A stretch of 61,900 nt of DNA, the filler included, from Choristocarpus tenellus KU-1152 (Eukaryota > Protista > Phaeophyceae), in the NCBI GenBank assembly GCA_964200185.2. It is 11 parts of 11 records of this genome, joined end to end, with 100 filler letters (N's around TTAATTAATTAA, not from the genome) between each part and the next. Parts side by side here need not be neighbours in the genome. Positions count along the whole stretch, not along the records: positions 1 to 10,253 come from CAXNAD020003039.1; positions 10,354 to 14,429 come from CAXNAD020016351.1; 9 more parts are not named here. The stretch is one strand, 5' to 3'. Below, piece after piece: positions 1 to 12,825 of the stretch (positions within the stretch are counted from its first letter, which is position 1; every line of letters starts with the position of its first letter). A model generated the notes under the pieces. It had not been told where the DNA came from. It saw nothing but the letters and a program-made list of their open reading frames with translations, and did no database searches. Position numbers and translations under genes: made by a program.

Positions 1-51
1 CTCAATAAGAGGGGGAGAAATCCCAACAAGATAGAAAGGGGAACTCCAGAT

Positions 52-1150
52 GTGGATGATATGTGGGGTGGTCACAGAAACCTTGAATCCTGGTTTTTAT
101 CAGCCCAAAGGTCTCAACAGCGATCTCCATGCCCTGACAGATGGTCATCAGGAACACTGACCAGCTCGGGGTCCTTGGGTTCATCATCTCTTGAGGTCAA
201 GCCAGGAGTGAAACCAGAAGTAAGAGGGAAAGAACAACCTCCAACATGGGGACTAGGAAGTGTTCCAGCTACAGAGAACAACAGCCTGGCACTACTAGAA
301 AGTATGGGAATGCCTGGGTGGGAAACAGGGTATAGTGGTAAGGAAGGTGTGCAAGGGAATTCAGACCAGGGAGAGAGAAGTAACTCACTGCCAGAGGGGG
401 TGATAAAGGACGAGTTCGCACTTATACCTATGGGTATCCTAAAGAATGGCACAGAAGATGTGGAGAGTAAACCAAAGGCAGGAGGCATGGTCATGGCCGC
501 AGAATCTCTAGCAGAGTATGTAGGAGGAAAGAGGCCCAATCAAGATGAGAAATGCAAAAGGGGGGATACAGGCGAAAACATGGATGACAAGAGTTCCAAG
601 AGGTTCGGTCATGAGAGATGGGATTTTGAGACTGGTGCTGGTATGTTTGAAGATGAGGATCAGATGCTAGCAGGAAGGAGAGTTCCAAGGGGTGATGTTC
701 TCTTTGAAGCACTGAAAAACAAGGGAATGCTGCGACCGATGGGACTTCAGGCATCTGTGTCAGATGAGAAGTCAATCTTCGTCTGGTTCTGTAACCACAA
801 CAGCTACATGATCATGCAGGTGCAAACTAAGGGTACCCAAGTGTACCTTGATATAGTTCTGAGCATTGTGGGTGAGTGGGACAAGCGGGTGATTGATTAG
901 AATATGAGGTGAGAAAGTTTGAAGCATGGCAGGGGTTCAGGTTTGAAGAAGTGATTTGCTGAAGAAGTGGACTGAGCACGTGGTCAGGTACATAGGGTAT
1001 TATAGGCAATGGCAAGTCTGTCCCCCTGTTGATGTTTCAAGCTGCAGGACCAGAACTTCCTAAAAATATTATCAAGAGAGGCAGGAAGAAGACTCTGCAG
1101 TGCTTGCGGTTAAACCCTCACAAATTTGAAACATTTGTCATGTGGACGAT
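52..1150 (+). pseudogene. Intronless 282-codon ORF and broken continuation; possible retroelement ORF1/gag remnant
   Basis: A long purine-rich ORF with no introns in an otherwise intron-dense genome, degrading into stops after 900. No diagnostic motif was recognised. Confidence 0.25.
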
Positions 1151-2635
1151 GCCAATTTCTTTGTGCGTGTCCCCCTGACTCCATCCTTCTTTCTCCTGGA
1201 AGATAATGACTTGACGCCACACACAAACATATGACCCATACATACACACGAATGAACAAATTAAGGTTGCATGGGTCGACTATGGGGGCAACCTGGTGCT
1301 CAGGAGATCTCTCTCTCCGGGGGAGTGCTACCTAGAGCTGTCTTTCTCCTCTCACCCGTGGGTCATCTGTCCGATCAATCCTGGCGAAACGGATGATGCA
1401 TACCACACTACTTCAGACCTTGACTTTCCGGTAGAACAGTCTCACAAATCCGATAGGGTTGGTAATGGGGGATCATGTGACAGCTGTTATCGGCAGAAGT
1501 GTGGAGGGAGCTGCATTGTGGTGCGAGTTGGGGATGCCATGGCCACCTCACGCACAAGCGGCTCCCTGATCTGGAATCCGTCCACAAGTTCCATCTCTTT
1601 TATGCTACAGGCCAAGATTGGAACGCGTGGAATGGGAGACAGGTCACGTGTTTCTCCAAGATCAAGTGGGGACTTGAGTGAGCCCGGTAAAGGCAATACA
1701 AGGAACAAACATGGGCAGGGCAATCGAGTCTCTTGTGATGCTTTTGCAGCAGCTAGGAGAGCAAGATTGCGCAGAGCCAAGGAAGAAATTCTGGAGCAGA
1801 TGCGAGCTTGGCGAACGTATCCGTCTGGGGTTGATTTATCCCCAGAGGAGGGTCTGGGCGTGGGTGTTCCGAACTTGAAATTTGTGATGATTGGATCTGG
1901 GAATATTGCAGGTTGATTCAGAATCAATGCCACTGAAAAAGTAACCCGATAATTTCTGGAGATTTTTTTTGTGCAATGTCTCAAGTAAATGTGAGATGGT
2001 GCGGTGAATATAGATAGTTGAAGGTAGAAAAAAGTGTAAGAAATTTTGTATTTTGTGGAAAGGCAGAATCAATTCCCGGAGTAGACTGAAGCAGGAGTTG
2101 CCATTTCTGCATTCTGTTGTCTTGTCTTTCCTATAGTATCTTTTTGTTTTTGAGGTTAATTTGTTATTTTATTATTCTTTTACAGAAAATATTTAGCCTT
2201 TGTTTGCACAAAATACTGATATTTCATTGCTAAGATGCCATGGATTAATTTGTCCAATTATGAACTGTTGTTTCTGTTTATTGATGAGAACGGTCAAATT
2301 CCTAGACTTTTTTTTTCCGATAGAGATTGAAGGGACCATCCACTGGTATGTGGGTGTGGGATTGTTACAGTTGATTGGAGCAGTCCTGCTTTGAGGCAAT
2401 CATCTGGCACCAGAATTTGATGACTCATCCACTAGAAGAAATTGATTTGCTGAGGCATGCGGTTACATTTGAACACTTGACATGTCATAAGTGGACCATG
2501 ATCCAAAATAACTGCCTTATGATAGCTCAAAAAGTACTTCGAAGTAATCATTTTTGTATCAAGCATTGCCAACATAGAGAAATTATTTATTCTTTTTTTT
2601 CTGATGCATCAAGAAATACCACGTTCAATGCAATA

Positions 2636-4644
2636 CTCCTTCTGTCCCTTAGGTCTGGACCGTTAAGTTGTAGCTCTTTGGGATATGACCTCCAACTACA
2701 AAACGCAACTTTGCGTTGGATTCTTTGGAATAGTTTACGATAAAAGAGTAGCTTATAAAGAAACATATGTAGAATTCTATTCTGAAATGGTCATGAAAGA
2801 ATGGAACACAGAATGAGGCATATTCTTAATATATTTTAATGTTCTTGCTGTAGTGTGGAGCCACACAACACCCTCACAACCCCCATGGTGAGTCCCCACA
2901 GCCTGTCGTCCCCGGCACGAAGCCCACCGTCTCTGTCCCCGTCCCCGGAACTGAGAGCTGTCCGAGGAAGGTCGGACTACACTTGCTCTGCATTATGCAT
3001 TGCCTTATCCTCTGGGTCATGAGAGGTTCATAAGGGGTGTGGGATCTAAATTGGTGAAAGAGTTTGGAGTGGGAGAGAGACACCCTAGAGGGGTGTAGGT
3101 GCGTGTCAAAAAACAGTTAGACAGAGGAATTACCATCTCCCTGAAATCACAAGCATGATCTGGACGGCCGTCGGACTTTACGTCAACAAAACAAGTGAAG
3201 ATCCGGGAAGTCAATGCCAGCAATTGCATGCTGACTATCAACCAACGTTCCACCAAAATCGCCGAAGCGGACCTTACAGTCGGAAGCTCAAACCTTGATC
3301 GCTGACTCGAAGCCATGGGGGCGCAATGAGGTTTCAGCAGTGTGTCACCCCTAACCTTTTGTTTTCTCACAAGAAGAACAGGGTGGATTTCATCCTCGAC
3401 CAGATCTCCATCAACCGCAAAACCTACTGGACTGGCCTCAACGCCATTACACCATTCACATCGACGAGATGATGATTGATGTGAAAGTGTGGTCATTCAT
3501 TGACACGTTCAAATAAAGAAATGCATGCTCTGTGGAGAGGCTTGTCACCTTGGCTGAGAAGGGTTTCTGAGGATATTTTTAACTTTTCTGATTATACTAC
3601 ATCCTGGCGTGTATCAGGTACACGTAGTGCAGAGTGAGTATGATGTGTTTAGAGGGGGCAATGCCAGACAAGAAAAATAATAATCAACAAATGATGTACA
3701 ACTGAAGACTTCTGATGTGAAGAAGAAAAAGAAAAGGAAGGAACAAAGAAGAAGCAAAGAGACAAACTCGAATCAATATAAAGCAAAACTCATGTGACAC
3801 ATATTATGTCTGTATGCTTCCTATGTACTGTGATGTTCCGAAAAGGATTGATCTTTTTGAGATGATGAGTTTGTGATGTGATTGGAAGTAACGATCAGTA
3901 CAATAGAACAAATCAACATGAACTGGTGATACTCTATCGTATGAAGAACAAATCGAATGAGTAGCCTATGTTTTAACAGACGTCACCATTGATGCTGAGT
4001 GGTACCTGGAGTGGTACACGGAGCAGCTGTTGCTAGCGATCAAGGAAAAATACCATGGGTGGAATCGGGGGGGGCTTTCATACTGCAGGACAGCGCAATC
4101 CTGCATACAGGCAAGGGCACGCGGCAGAAGCTGAACGCAGTAGTGATGGAGGAGGGATGGAACATTAAGCACGTGATGCAGCCAGCACAGTCGCCGGACC
4201 TCGACATCAATGATTTGGGGGGGGTTGCATCTCTGAAGAGCAGGATTTGCACTGAGCATTATGGCCCTGTTGATGAAGTTGTAGAGGGGGTTTCAAGCAT
4301 GCATGTTCTATGTGTATGTTGCAGACACGCTTGAGAAGGTGTGGCAGAGCCTGTTTAAGAGGTACAATAAGGTGTTAAGGGTGCTGGGGGGGAACGATTT
4401 CGAGGTAGAGCACACTGGGACCAAAAAATGGCAGCGGGAGGGTGGGTTGGCTAGATCAGTCGAAGTAGACCAAGCGGCCTCGGCAGCGGCCCTGGATTGG
4501 TGGGTTGACGGTGTTGAATAAAGGTAAGACATAGTTTTTTTATGTAAAATATTCCAAGGAATCCAACGTAAATATCCGTTTGGTAATCGGGGGTCATCCC
4601 GAAGAGCTACAACTTAACACCCCAGACTTATGGGACAGAGGGAG
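2636..4644 (+). mobile_element. Decayed Tc1/mariner DNA transposon (plant/oomycete DD39D-like clade) with ~110-bp TIRs
   Basis: TA|CTCCTTCTGTCCC... at 2636 and ...GGGACAGAGGGAG|TA at 4644 are diverged inverted repeats flanked by TA. Broken transposase on +: SGRP/HTH region and TIHIDE (~3130-3470), then LQD..H...QPAQSPDLDINDLG...SLKS (3999-4250) and TLEKVWQSLFKRYNKVL..GGNDF (to 4521). It contains stops, frameshifts and an unrelated segment at ~3500-3960. Confidence 0.85.
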
Positions 4645-6836
4645 TATATGCAAGTTTTTGATACAGAGAAGAGAGCACAAGGAAAACAGCATGCGTCAAT
4701 AGGCCATGTTACTCTTTGATGCCAGATTGCACAACAGGTAGAGTTCTAGATCTTGAATCATGAACACAAAATATTCTCAATCATTTTTGCCCTGAGGAAC
4801 ACTTTGCCAAAATTCCTTTTGATCCATTCTGTTTTGTGTGCCACGAATTACAGTGCAACCTAAGAAAGAGTGATACCACTTTAACAAACGGTGGTAGAGA
4901 AAGCTTTGCCTATGTTCACCACCCTGTGTGTTTCTTCTCTCTACAGACAAGTCCTCCTCCTCCTCCTCCTCCTTGTAGTCATAATCCTCATCATCAATAC
5001 CATCATCGATATCATCATAATCAGCCCTAATGCTTGAAGTTTTCACACCTCATAAGACCCAGCCTTGAGATCAAGGTCGACCTCTCAACACTTCGCCTAA
5101 GTCATCAACACAGCTCACATCCTTCACCTCTCTGTCCTCAATTATAACACTCAATTTCTGCTGGATCTTTGCAAGGTCAACGCAAACGTTTGGTTCAACT
5201 GTACCATACATCACACTTTGGTTTGACATTGTAGTTAGCTAAGCTAGCTCTGGTGCACTCGTCGATCTACTTCTCCCCTGTTAGGCGAAGCAATTGTATC
5301 ATAGTCTCTCTATTAAGTGTTGTCTTCCCTTCCGGATCCATTGTATCACACGATGTTATAGGCGAATAGCGTGAGTATTTCTTCGCGCGCTTTATCCGGT
5401 GCGTGCCGTGTACGCATGTGTGGAACCCCCAAAAGGGGGTACTCCGATTTACTAAAAGTTGCAGAATAAAATCTGTAACTTGGGAAGGTTGCAACGGTTC
5501 TCAGATGTATTCCAACGTCTGTAAACCAAAGAAACAAAGCGGTAAATGATGATAAGAGATCCTAAAACAGCTCAGAGGTCCCAAATTGCTCAAGCACCCC
5601 CAGGACTCACTCTTACTCATGTCAATTCTCGTATTCATCCTTTTTGATTAATTAAGAGTACCCCTGTTCGGCTGAGCTGACGTTCATCAACCTGTGGACC
5701 CCCTTGACCACCTGATTGTCCTGGAAGCCTTGTACGAGCATCAGCGTCATCTATAGGGCTTGTGGATTGGAGCTATACATCCTGTGGAGGTAAGCTCCTG
5801 AAGCGTGCTGTAACATTTATAGACATCTTATTGTGCAGGTTGACACAATAGTGTCACAAGCGCTTCCACATTTTCCTCCGCAAGCTCTTCGCACCCTACT
5901 CCCCTTGGCCAAGGGCAGGAAAGATTGAGTATTCAGGACAGGAAAGTACGATGCTTTGAACCAGCAAATAGGATACATATATATTGCCGAGACAACAACT
6001 ACTAATATACTTACATCTATTCTCCTTAGCATTTTGTTCTTGGAAAGTATTATGAACTTCAATTTTGATAGTTTATTGTATGGGGTACAAGGCCAAAGAT
6101 TTCACTCACAGCCTCCATTCAGATGACATCCCCCATCCCAACTTCTTTACCTTTGCCGAGTCTATCCTTACCCCAACCTCTGGTGGCCTACCTGCTACCC
6201 TTCATCCAAAGAGCCGTTCCACACTTGGTCTGTATATATTGCGATAAGACTGTGATCACAGGGGGTAGCTACCAAGTTTGAGGTGTATAGAGTGGCATGG
6301 AACGTCTGCATCCAATAGACAACATAGAGTACAATTTACTTGCCCTTACCCACTTTTCCTGGACCATACAGCTAGAAAATGTTGGAGGACATTGTTCTAG
6401 AAGAATGATGTAATAGGACAAAAGAGCTTGAAGATTCTCTGGACAACAGACGAGAGTTGCCCGAACAATAAATAATGTAGAGAGAGCATGAGCTCAGGTG
6501 TTACATGAAAAAGAGAGGATGAAGCACCTGCCTTCTGACCGTTGTCCTCAGAATAGTTGTCACAGATCAAATCAGATGTAACGTTGTCCTGGATAACGGA
6601 CGTTCTGGGCCGAATAAGGCTGAACACTCTTAGGGCTAGGGTTGGACATTACTTAACATTACTCTGTCGACACTTTGTCCCAGTCAATTTTGGGTCAAGC
6701 CCATCCTCAATGAAAAGCTCCATCCTCAATTTTTGAAATCGGCTGTTAAATCGAGAACCCAAGATAGACGCTGTCGCTTCAACCCCATTCATTGATACTC
6801 CTCCTAATACACTACATGCACACCACTATAGTAGAC

Positions 6837-7205
6837 GATAGAATGGAGAGGGAGTGATAGATGTAGTGGTACTTTCAGTTACTTTCAGAACATTTTTTTA
6901 TTTTTGTGTATTGTTAAAGTATATATGTACTGGCTCACTACTATTTGTGTAGTGTTCTAGATAAGCTTTTTTGTATTGAAGAGAAGTAAGCATGTAGCTG
7001 ATAGGAAGTTAGGGTTGAACATTGCAAACCCTACACTATAGGAATAGTAATGGGTGCCACCAGTTGTGACCCCATGAGTTCAGTCAACGGAATTGAGACC
7101 ACCTTGTATCACTAACGTTATATATTCACACAAACAGTCATTGTCCTCTACCAAAGCACGCGATTGATCATGTTAACTGCAGGTCTAGTGTGGAATACTT
7201 CAACA
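6837..7205. repeat. LTR-like repeat, copy 1 (left boundary approximate)
   Basis: Diverged direct repeat of ~8756-9076 (shared GGGTGCCACCA.TTGTGA, ATGAGTTCAGTCAACGGAATTGAGACC, AGTGTGGAATACTTCAACA). Similarity stops sharply at TCAACA, a typical LTR terminus. Confidence 0.72.
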
Positions 7206-7319
7206 CGCTCTAGCAAACCAATTATTCCTCGATGTTGTGCTGAGTGACGAGGCGAGTGTTGAGTTATACCAGTATGTACTATATGGCCACCAGCACTACT
7301 GAGGTCACCAACCTCCCCA

Positions 7320-7960
7320 TGTTTGCTGGAAAGTATGGAGAGGATTTCTTTGGTTTTGTGGTTCATGCTTAGGCCATCCTTAACTGTTTGTAGCTGCGAC
7401 CTTGCGCTCTGTGACCCTGGCATAGTGTGTGAAGGGTCGATCTGGACGTGGAGTCAAGGCAGACACCTGAATCGACAAGTTCAACTGCACCTAAGTTCAA
7501 AGGATAGTGCACAAGTGCTTCAGCAGTCACGACATTAGGAGACGGCATGGCAGCTGCATCAGCGCCCAACCCCTCCAATCGTGGAAATGGATGGTGAAGA
7601 TTGAGTGACCACGCCCTTGCTACAGGGAGGGCGAGTCGTAAAGCTGGGAGGGGCGAGGAAAGGGCCATGTCGTTTGTTTTATGTCTGGCAAAGACGGCCA
7701 TACGAAATACGACTGCCCGAGCCTTAGTTGGACCAGGCACACCAGTGCCGGGACTAAATGTAGAGGACTCAACGTCGCAGTGGCAGGTGTGGCAGGTACA
7801 CAGGTGTGGACCAAGAATAGAGGGAGTGCTCTCGGACAAATCGAGGCAGAGAGAGGTCAAGAAGATATTCTGGCTGGGGGGCTACGAAGGGAGAGCATCG
7901 GGTATCTACAGGAACTCCTTACGAATCCCAAGAGATGGAACATATCAGCTCGAGATTAGA
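7320..7960 (+). pseudogene. Retrotransposon gag remnant with degenerate CCHC zinc knuckle
   Basis: GRGKGHVV-CFMSGKDGHTKYDC-P at 7675-7716 fits C-x2-C-x4-H-x4-C with the second Cys mutated (TCT). Surrounding frames are broken. Confidence 0.55.
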
Positions 7961-8259
7961 AAGGTTAGAGACCTTCGTCTAGACCTTGTTTCGGCGATAT
8001 TTGAAAGTTATGCACTGTGACTGTTTTCTTTTATGCTGTTTTCTGTTACGCTATCTTGCTTAGTGTGATTTTGTTCCCTCTATGTCTTTGTATTTTAGTG
8101 CATACACACAGTAGTCAAATGGCAGCTGAGATGTAGTGTGTAGACTGGTTTGGATAGAAGAGGTACTGAAGTCAGGGAGAGTTTTAGTGTATGGAAGGTC
8201 AGATGGTGGTGAAGGAGTCGGTTAGTGTTACTCTTTTCCAAAGATTCACTTTAGGCGTT

Positions 8260-8560
8260 GCACTAGGGAGATTTCATGGATTGTGGGAGATGCAACATGG
8301 TATTGCGAAGGACCTGCAGGAGAACGTACCAGATAATACTTCCACACGAGGTTGTAAAAGGACAGACGAGTGGCTGACTTCATTGCCCAACGCCAGTAAT
8401 GTTGGCAACTGCTTTTTTCCAGTGATTCTTATGTACTGATACACTAGGGAGATTTTGTGGACTGTAGGAGCCTCAGCATGGTATTGCTAAGGACCTGCAG
8501 CAAAATCGACCCAAGAATGTTATCATGGAGATTGCAATAGGACAGTGTTAGATTAATGAC
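8260..8560 (+). repeat. Diverged tandem duplication, period ~180 bp
   Basis: CACTAGGGAGATTT...CATGGTATTGC.AAGGACCTGCAG occurs at ~8261 and ~8442. Confidence 0.7.
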
Positions 8561-8600
8561 TGATTTTCTAGAACCCATACAGACCGAACATAGGCATGGA

Positions 8601-9076
8601 TGTTAGGGTGTATAAGTAACATTGTTTGTTAGTGCTAGTAGAAATTTGTTTCTCTCTAGTAGTAGATTTTGAGGCTGTACAGTGTCTGTGCAGGAAGGGA
8701 AAGTGTTCATGGATGGTGCTGCTGATACACTATAGACACCACTGGTTGGGTAAATAATAGGATGGAGAGCCAGTGATAGATAACCCATATGTATTAACTC
8801 ATTAGTGTCCACTGATTTCTATGTTCTAGATACACTTTTTTTTTCAAGTACTGAAGACAATTAAGTAATTCATTGGAAATTAGTGTGGACGATTACAAAC
8901 CCCACACCACAGGAGTAGTACTGGGTGCCACCAATTGTGAGCCCAATGAGTTCAGTCAACGGAATTGAGACCCCCTGTAACATTAATGTTACATATTCAC
9001 ACCAAAAAGCATTGTCTAACTCCAAAGCACCCAATTGATCACGATAACTGCGGGTCCAGTGTGGAATACTTCAACA
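8601..9076. repeat. LTR-like repeat, copy 2
   Basis: TGTTA...TCAACA termini. It is followed by a C-run (9078-9088) that reads as a polypurine tract on the minus strand. Confidence 0.7.
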
Positions 9077-10040
9077 ACCCCCCCCCCCTTGAAACAACGT
9101 TTCTGTGTGCGGCTTCAATTTGAAGGTTGAGCAAAAATAAGTGTTTCTGTATTTAGTGCACCAAGCAGTAGCACCACATTATTCTACGTTCTAAAATTGT
9201 ACCTGAATATTGTTCCAACATAGAGGTGTCGAGTATGGCTTTGCCGAATACAATGCCTCTGCAACAGTGCACTTGAAAAAAAATATGTAGTGGAAAAGAA
9301 CGAAACATTTCTAATTAAGCAGTAAGGTACATACATAGTCATGCTTCACTGACGACACCACCATGGTAATGTTGTACCTTTTTATGTTCTCCTCGTGAAA
9401 AATAGTATGGTATCGAATTTGTTCCTTGAAACAGAAACGACAATCTCCACAGGTTAACTCACTCTCTATCCCAAATGATACCCAGAATTTCTAAGCACCG
9501 TGCATGCCACATTTGCAAAGCGCAAATCCAGCTTACACTTCGATTTGGATCAATGTTGCTCAGAGATAAATGCATGAATCATGGTTGTGCAGCAGCAACC
9601 GGAGAGCTTGCCTGTTGCAAGAAAGACGAGAAGAACAACCAATATTGTAAACACAGTTGAATTCTATGGTGACATCCTCTTTAAGCAACTCTTATCCAAT
9701 GCTTTCAAGTAGTAGTAATTTGCTCTAGTTGACGAGATGTATCCATTGAGGGTGACATACTTTTCGCAAGATGCTTGCAATGGAACAGCTAGAAATGATT
9801 TCTAATGAAGAAGTGGACTAGCATATCAGGTCCTGATTTACATATAACTAATAGTGAATGGTATTACAATAGACTCCTTCCACCCTCTACGAATTGAGGG
9901 CCTTAAGAGTCACGAGAGGCAACTACCTTGCTGTTTATCACCATCATAACTGAATTAGTCGCGCATCTTCACGTGCTCACGTGTTCCTAATCATTTCCCT
10001 CTGTTTATTGGAGCCCCCACGCTATCATGTCGTCCACTAA

Positions 10041-10253
10041 CAGTGGATTTTAAAAATTGAGGATGGAGCGTACTATTAAGGATGGTTTTGACCGAAAATG
10101 GTGCGGAAAAAGTGCCGATATGTTTTTTTTTGTTGCGGCACTTTTTAAGGGCCCCTTTTTGAATGGGATATATATTTGTTGAAAACTATTTCGGTGCTTG
10201 TGGAGGGCACCGAAACGATTTGGAAGCGACCTCGACCAAGCCAAAGGTATAAG
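10041..10253. repeat. Terminus of a dispersed repeat family (probable DNA transposon end)
   Basis: CAG..GATTT.AAAAATTGAGGATGGAGC...TTGACC also occurs in reverse at ~6688-6746 and ~41980-42031. Confidence 0.55.
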
Positions 10254-10353
10254 NNNNNNNNNNNNNNNNNNNNNNNNNNNNNNNNNNNNNNNNNNNNTTA
10301 ATTAATTAANNNNNNNNNNNNNNNNNNNNNNNNNNNNNNNNNNNNNNNNNNNN
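10254..10353. other. Artificial contig linker
   Basis: N44-TTAATTAATTAA-N44 (stops in all six frames). Confidence 0.98.
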
Positions 10354-12656
10354 CATGCTGGTTCCAACGGTTGCGTAGAGGCCCAGGCGTTTGCTCCTTG
10401 TCCACACTGGCTCCGGTGGCGCGCTAGGGCTAATGAAGAGCTCTCCCTCCCTTGGTGGGCTACTCTGAATATCGTAAGCGACAATAAATTTGGGGCAACC
10501 CACGGTATCAACATGTGATTCCATATCAGGCATAGACGAAGCATGTCTATCAAGATATTTGTTGACAGTTGAGCAGCAGTCTACACAGAACGATTGAGAA
10601 TCATAAGAGTTAGGTACAATGTTGGAAATGCTCTATAGCGAGGAGTGCCACTCCTGATTGGGATCAAGCACCTTGACAACCAACACTGTTCTTTGAACCT
10701 GATGTGGGCAGTGAGTAACAGCATCGTCAGTCACTTTGACTAGGTGCCCGGATTGGGACCAATCCCTTTGGGGAAAGCAAATTTTCGGTCAGGGTGGAGC
10801 TTCTAGGTCTTGGATGTCCCAACGTAAAAAACGAAAGTTAACTGGAAATGAAGGTCAACATTCTGAGGCTGTGCTATTACGTGTTTCTTCTATTATGGAG
10901 ACCAGAAAGTCGATACAATTTGTTATATTGTGAGCTGAGAAGAATATTGGATACAGAAACTGCGGCGTACATTATCTCATCTACACCAACTGAGGGGTAA
11001 GGTGAGATGCGCCATCGTTTCTAGATCTGATGTTTTTATCACAATTCATCACCAGTTTTCAGCGCAATAGAGTGTGTCTAGAGTGCATGTAGAAAAGTCT
11101 AAGATACTCTCCGCTCTGTTACATGGTGTCACAGGAACAATGCTACCAACAATGCATTTGTTTTGCAGTTGAGGTTGGGCTTATCTGGTAGAACATAGGA
11201 CATATAATGTTAGTTTGTGAGCCTGGAAGAGTTATGTTGTTTTTTTTTCTCCTTTTGAGGCAGTTACTCAAACGTAAGGTTAGGAATGACTGAGGATTTT
11301 TCTTAAATATTCAACTAGAAACTGTTGAATGACAATCTGATTTTTTGGTGGACCTTTATCTCCATCTTTTCTATCCACCTGGGATGTCGTTACAGCTCCC
11401 TCCAAAGCAATATTCCTGGACATTGTACTGCTCCACACCTCGAAAAATGTAATGCTCATGACAGAACTGACGCTGCCGCATTACACACGACAACAAAGCT
11501 TTGCCCTGAAAACAGGCGATATGGAGCAGATGGCCATAAATGTGGTTCTACAAAAAAGCACTATAGGCAGTATTCACTTAGGTGTTTGCTGAAAAGGGAG
11601 TTTTATTCAGAGAGTAAATGATCCCAAGTGTTGTTTAGAACAACTGACATAATGGAGAATGAGCCCAGTGTTAGCTGGACAACAGTTGTCATTTATGAGG
11701 GGGTACAACGGACGTATGTTTTTTCTTTTTGCATTTTTCTACTTCGCATCTTCTGCTAATTTCCTTCCTTTGACATTCTCTTCTATAAAATATGAAACTC
11801 AATGTGCGAAAGTGTGTACTTCAACAGTATGTAAATGAGCCACTTTATTGAACAGTGATTGAGCAAATGGCCCTAAATTCGTTCTGGACAATAATCAATG
11901 CAATGGAGCAAAGCTTCTCAGACATTACTGTGACAATAGACATTACGGAGCAACTGGCCCCCAAATGTTGTCCCGGTAACAAACTTCATTGATTTAAAGG
12001 GCCCTAACTTTGTCATGGTAATAAAAATTATTGAGCAAACTTGCCCAAATGTTCTACAGTTTTGCTAACATTAAGCATTACAGCCCATGAGATGTGCTTT
12101 ACTTTTGTTGCTATCGTTTTCCTCTCATGCATCATGTTAATCTTTTTTTTGCGTCTGTTTTCCTCACCTTGGTTACAACAATCAACACCTTTGCTTCTAG
12201 CGACAGCTGCATCCAGCGATCTTTGTATATATGGTCAAGACGAATGCGCTAATAATTATCCTATTGGTCTCCAGAGAGTGGTGGAGGTAGTATTGTGAAG
12301 AAGCTAAAACTGTCAAATAGAAGAAATACATACTTAGGCGATCAACAATGGGTTTGAGGGCGTCAGGTACTGGAATTGATGTGAGCGAAAAATTGTACAA
12401 ACTGAGTGAGATAACTGAGTGAGATACCTCTTCCCCCCTCCCATATCTGATCTGCTATTAGTTGCTGTAAGAGTGGATATTCTGCTTCCTCCCGATTATC
12501 TCACATGACTTGACCTTTTCCTTGTCTTTCAATATTTGACAGAATACTGCACTGAATGTGTTCAATACGTTCTTTGGCAACAACACAAGGTTTGCAGTGG
12601 GTGCGATACTGGATATTTTGGAGGACCGGCTGAGATTCCAGCAGCCACAGCCTTGA
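10354..12656 (+). CDS. Putative multi-exon gene of unknown function, 5'-truncated
   Basis: One phase-consistent GT-AG chain exists: 10354-10473, 10957-10996, 11396-11581, 12201-12286, 12543-12656, ending ...GLQRVVE|NTALNVFNTFFGNNTRFAVGAILDILEDRLRFQQPQP*. Alternative frames are also open and no family was recognised. Confidence 0.35.
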
Positions 12657-12825
12657 CGTTTCAGATAGCAAATTTCAGTGCAGTTAATACTGTGTACTAT
12701 CCATGGTATCACATAGTAGACTGATTCCACTGGAAATTTGTTGTTCGCACTTGCCATATTCATCTCGAGACATGAGAAGCGTAATGAGAACATTTGAAAA
12801 TGTGCTCCTAACTTTTTTTTGTACT

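Noticed and set aside
3017-3496. 159-aa minus-strand ORF as captured cargo in the mariner
   Set aside because: The plus strand here encodes the broken transposase N-terminus (SGRP, IHIDE).
5279-5815. Solo LTR bounded by TGTTA...TAACA
   Set aside because: There is no target-site duplication and no second copy in the window.
10298-10309. Recurrent palindrome TTAATTAATTAA as a biological repeat or CRISPR-like array
   Set aside because: It is always centred in exactly 44+44 Ns and is a synthetic six-frame-stop linker.
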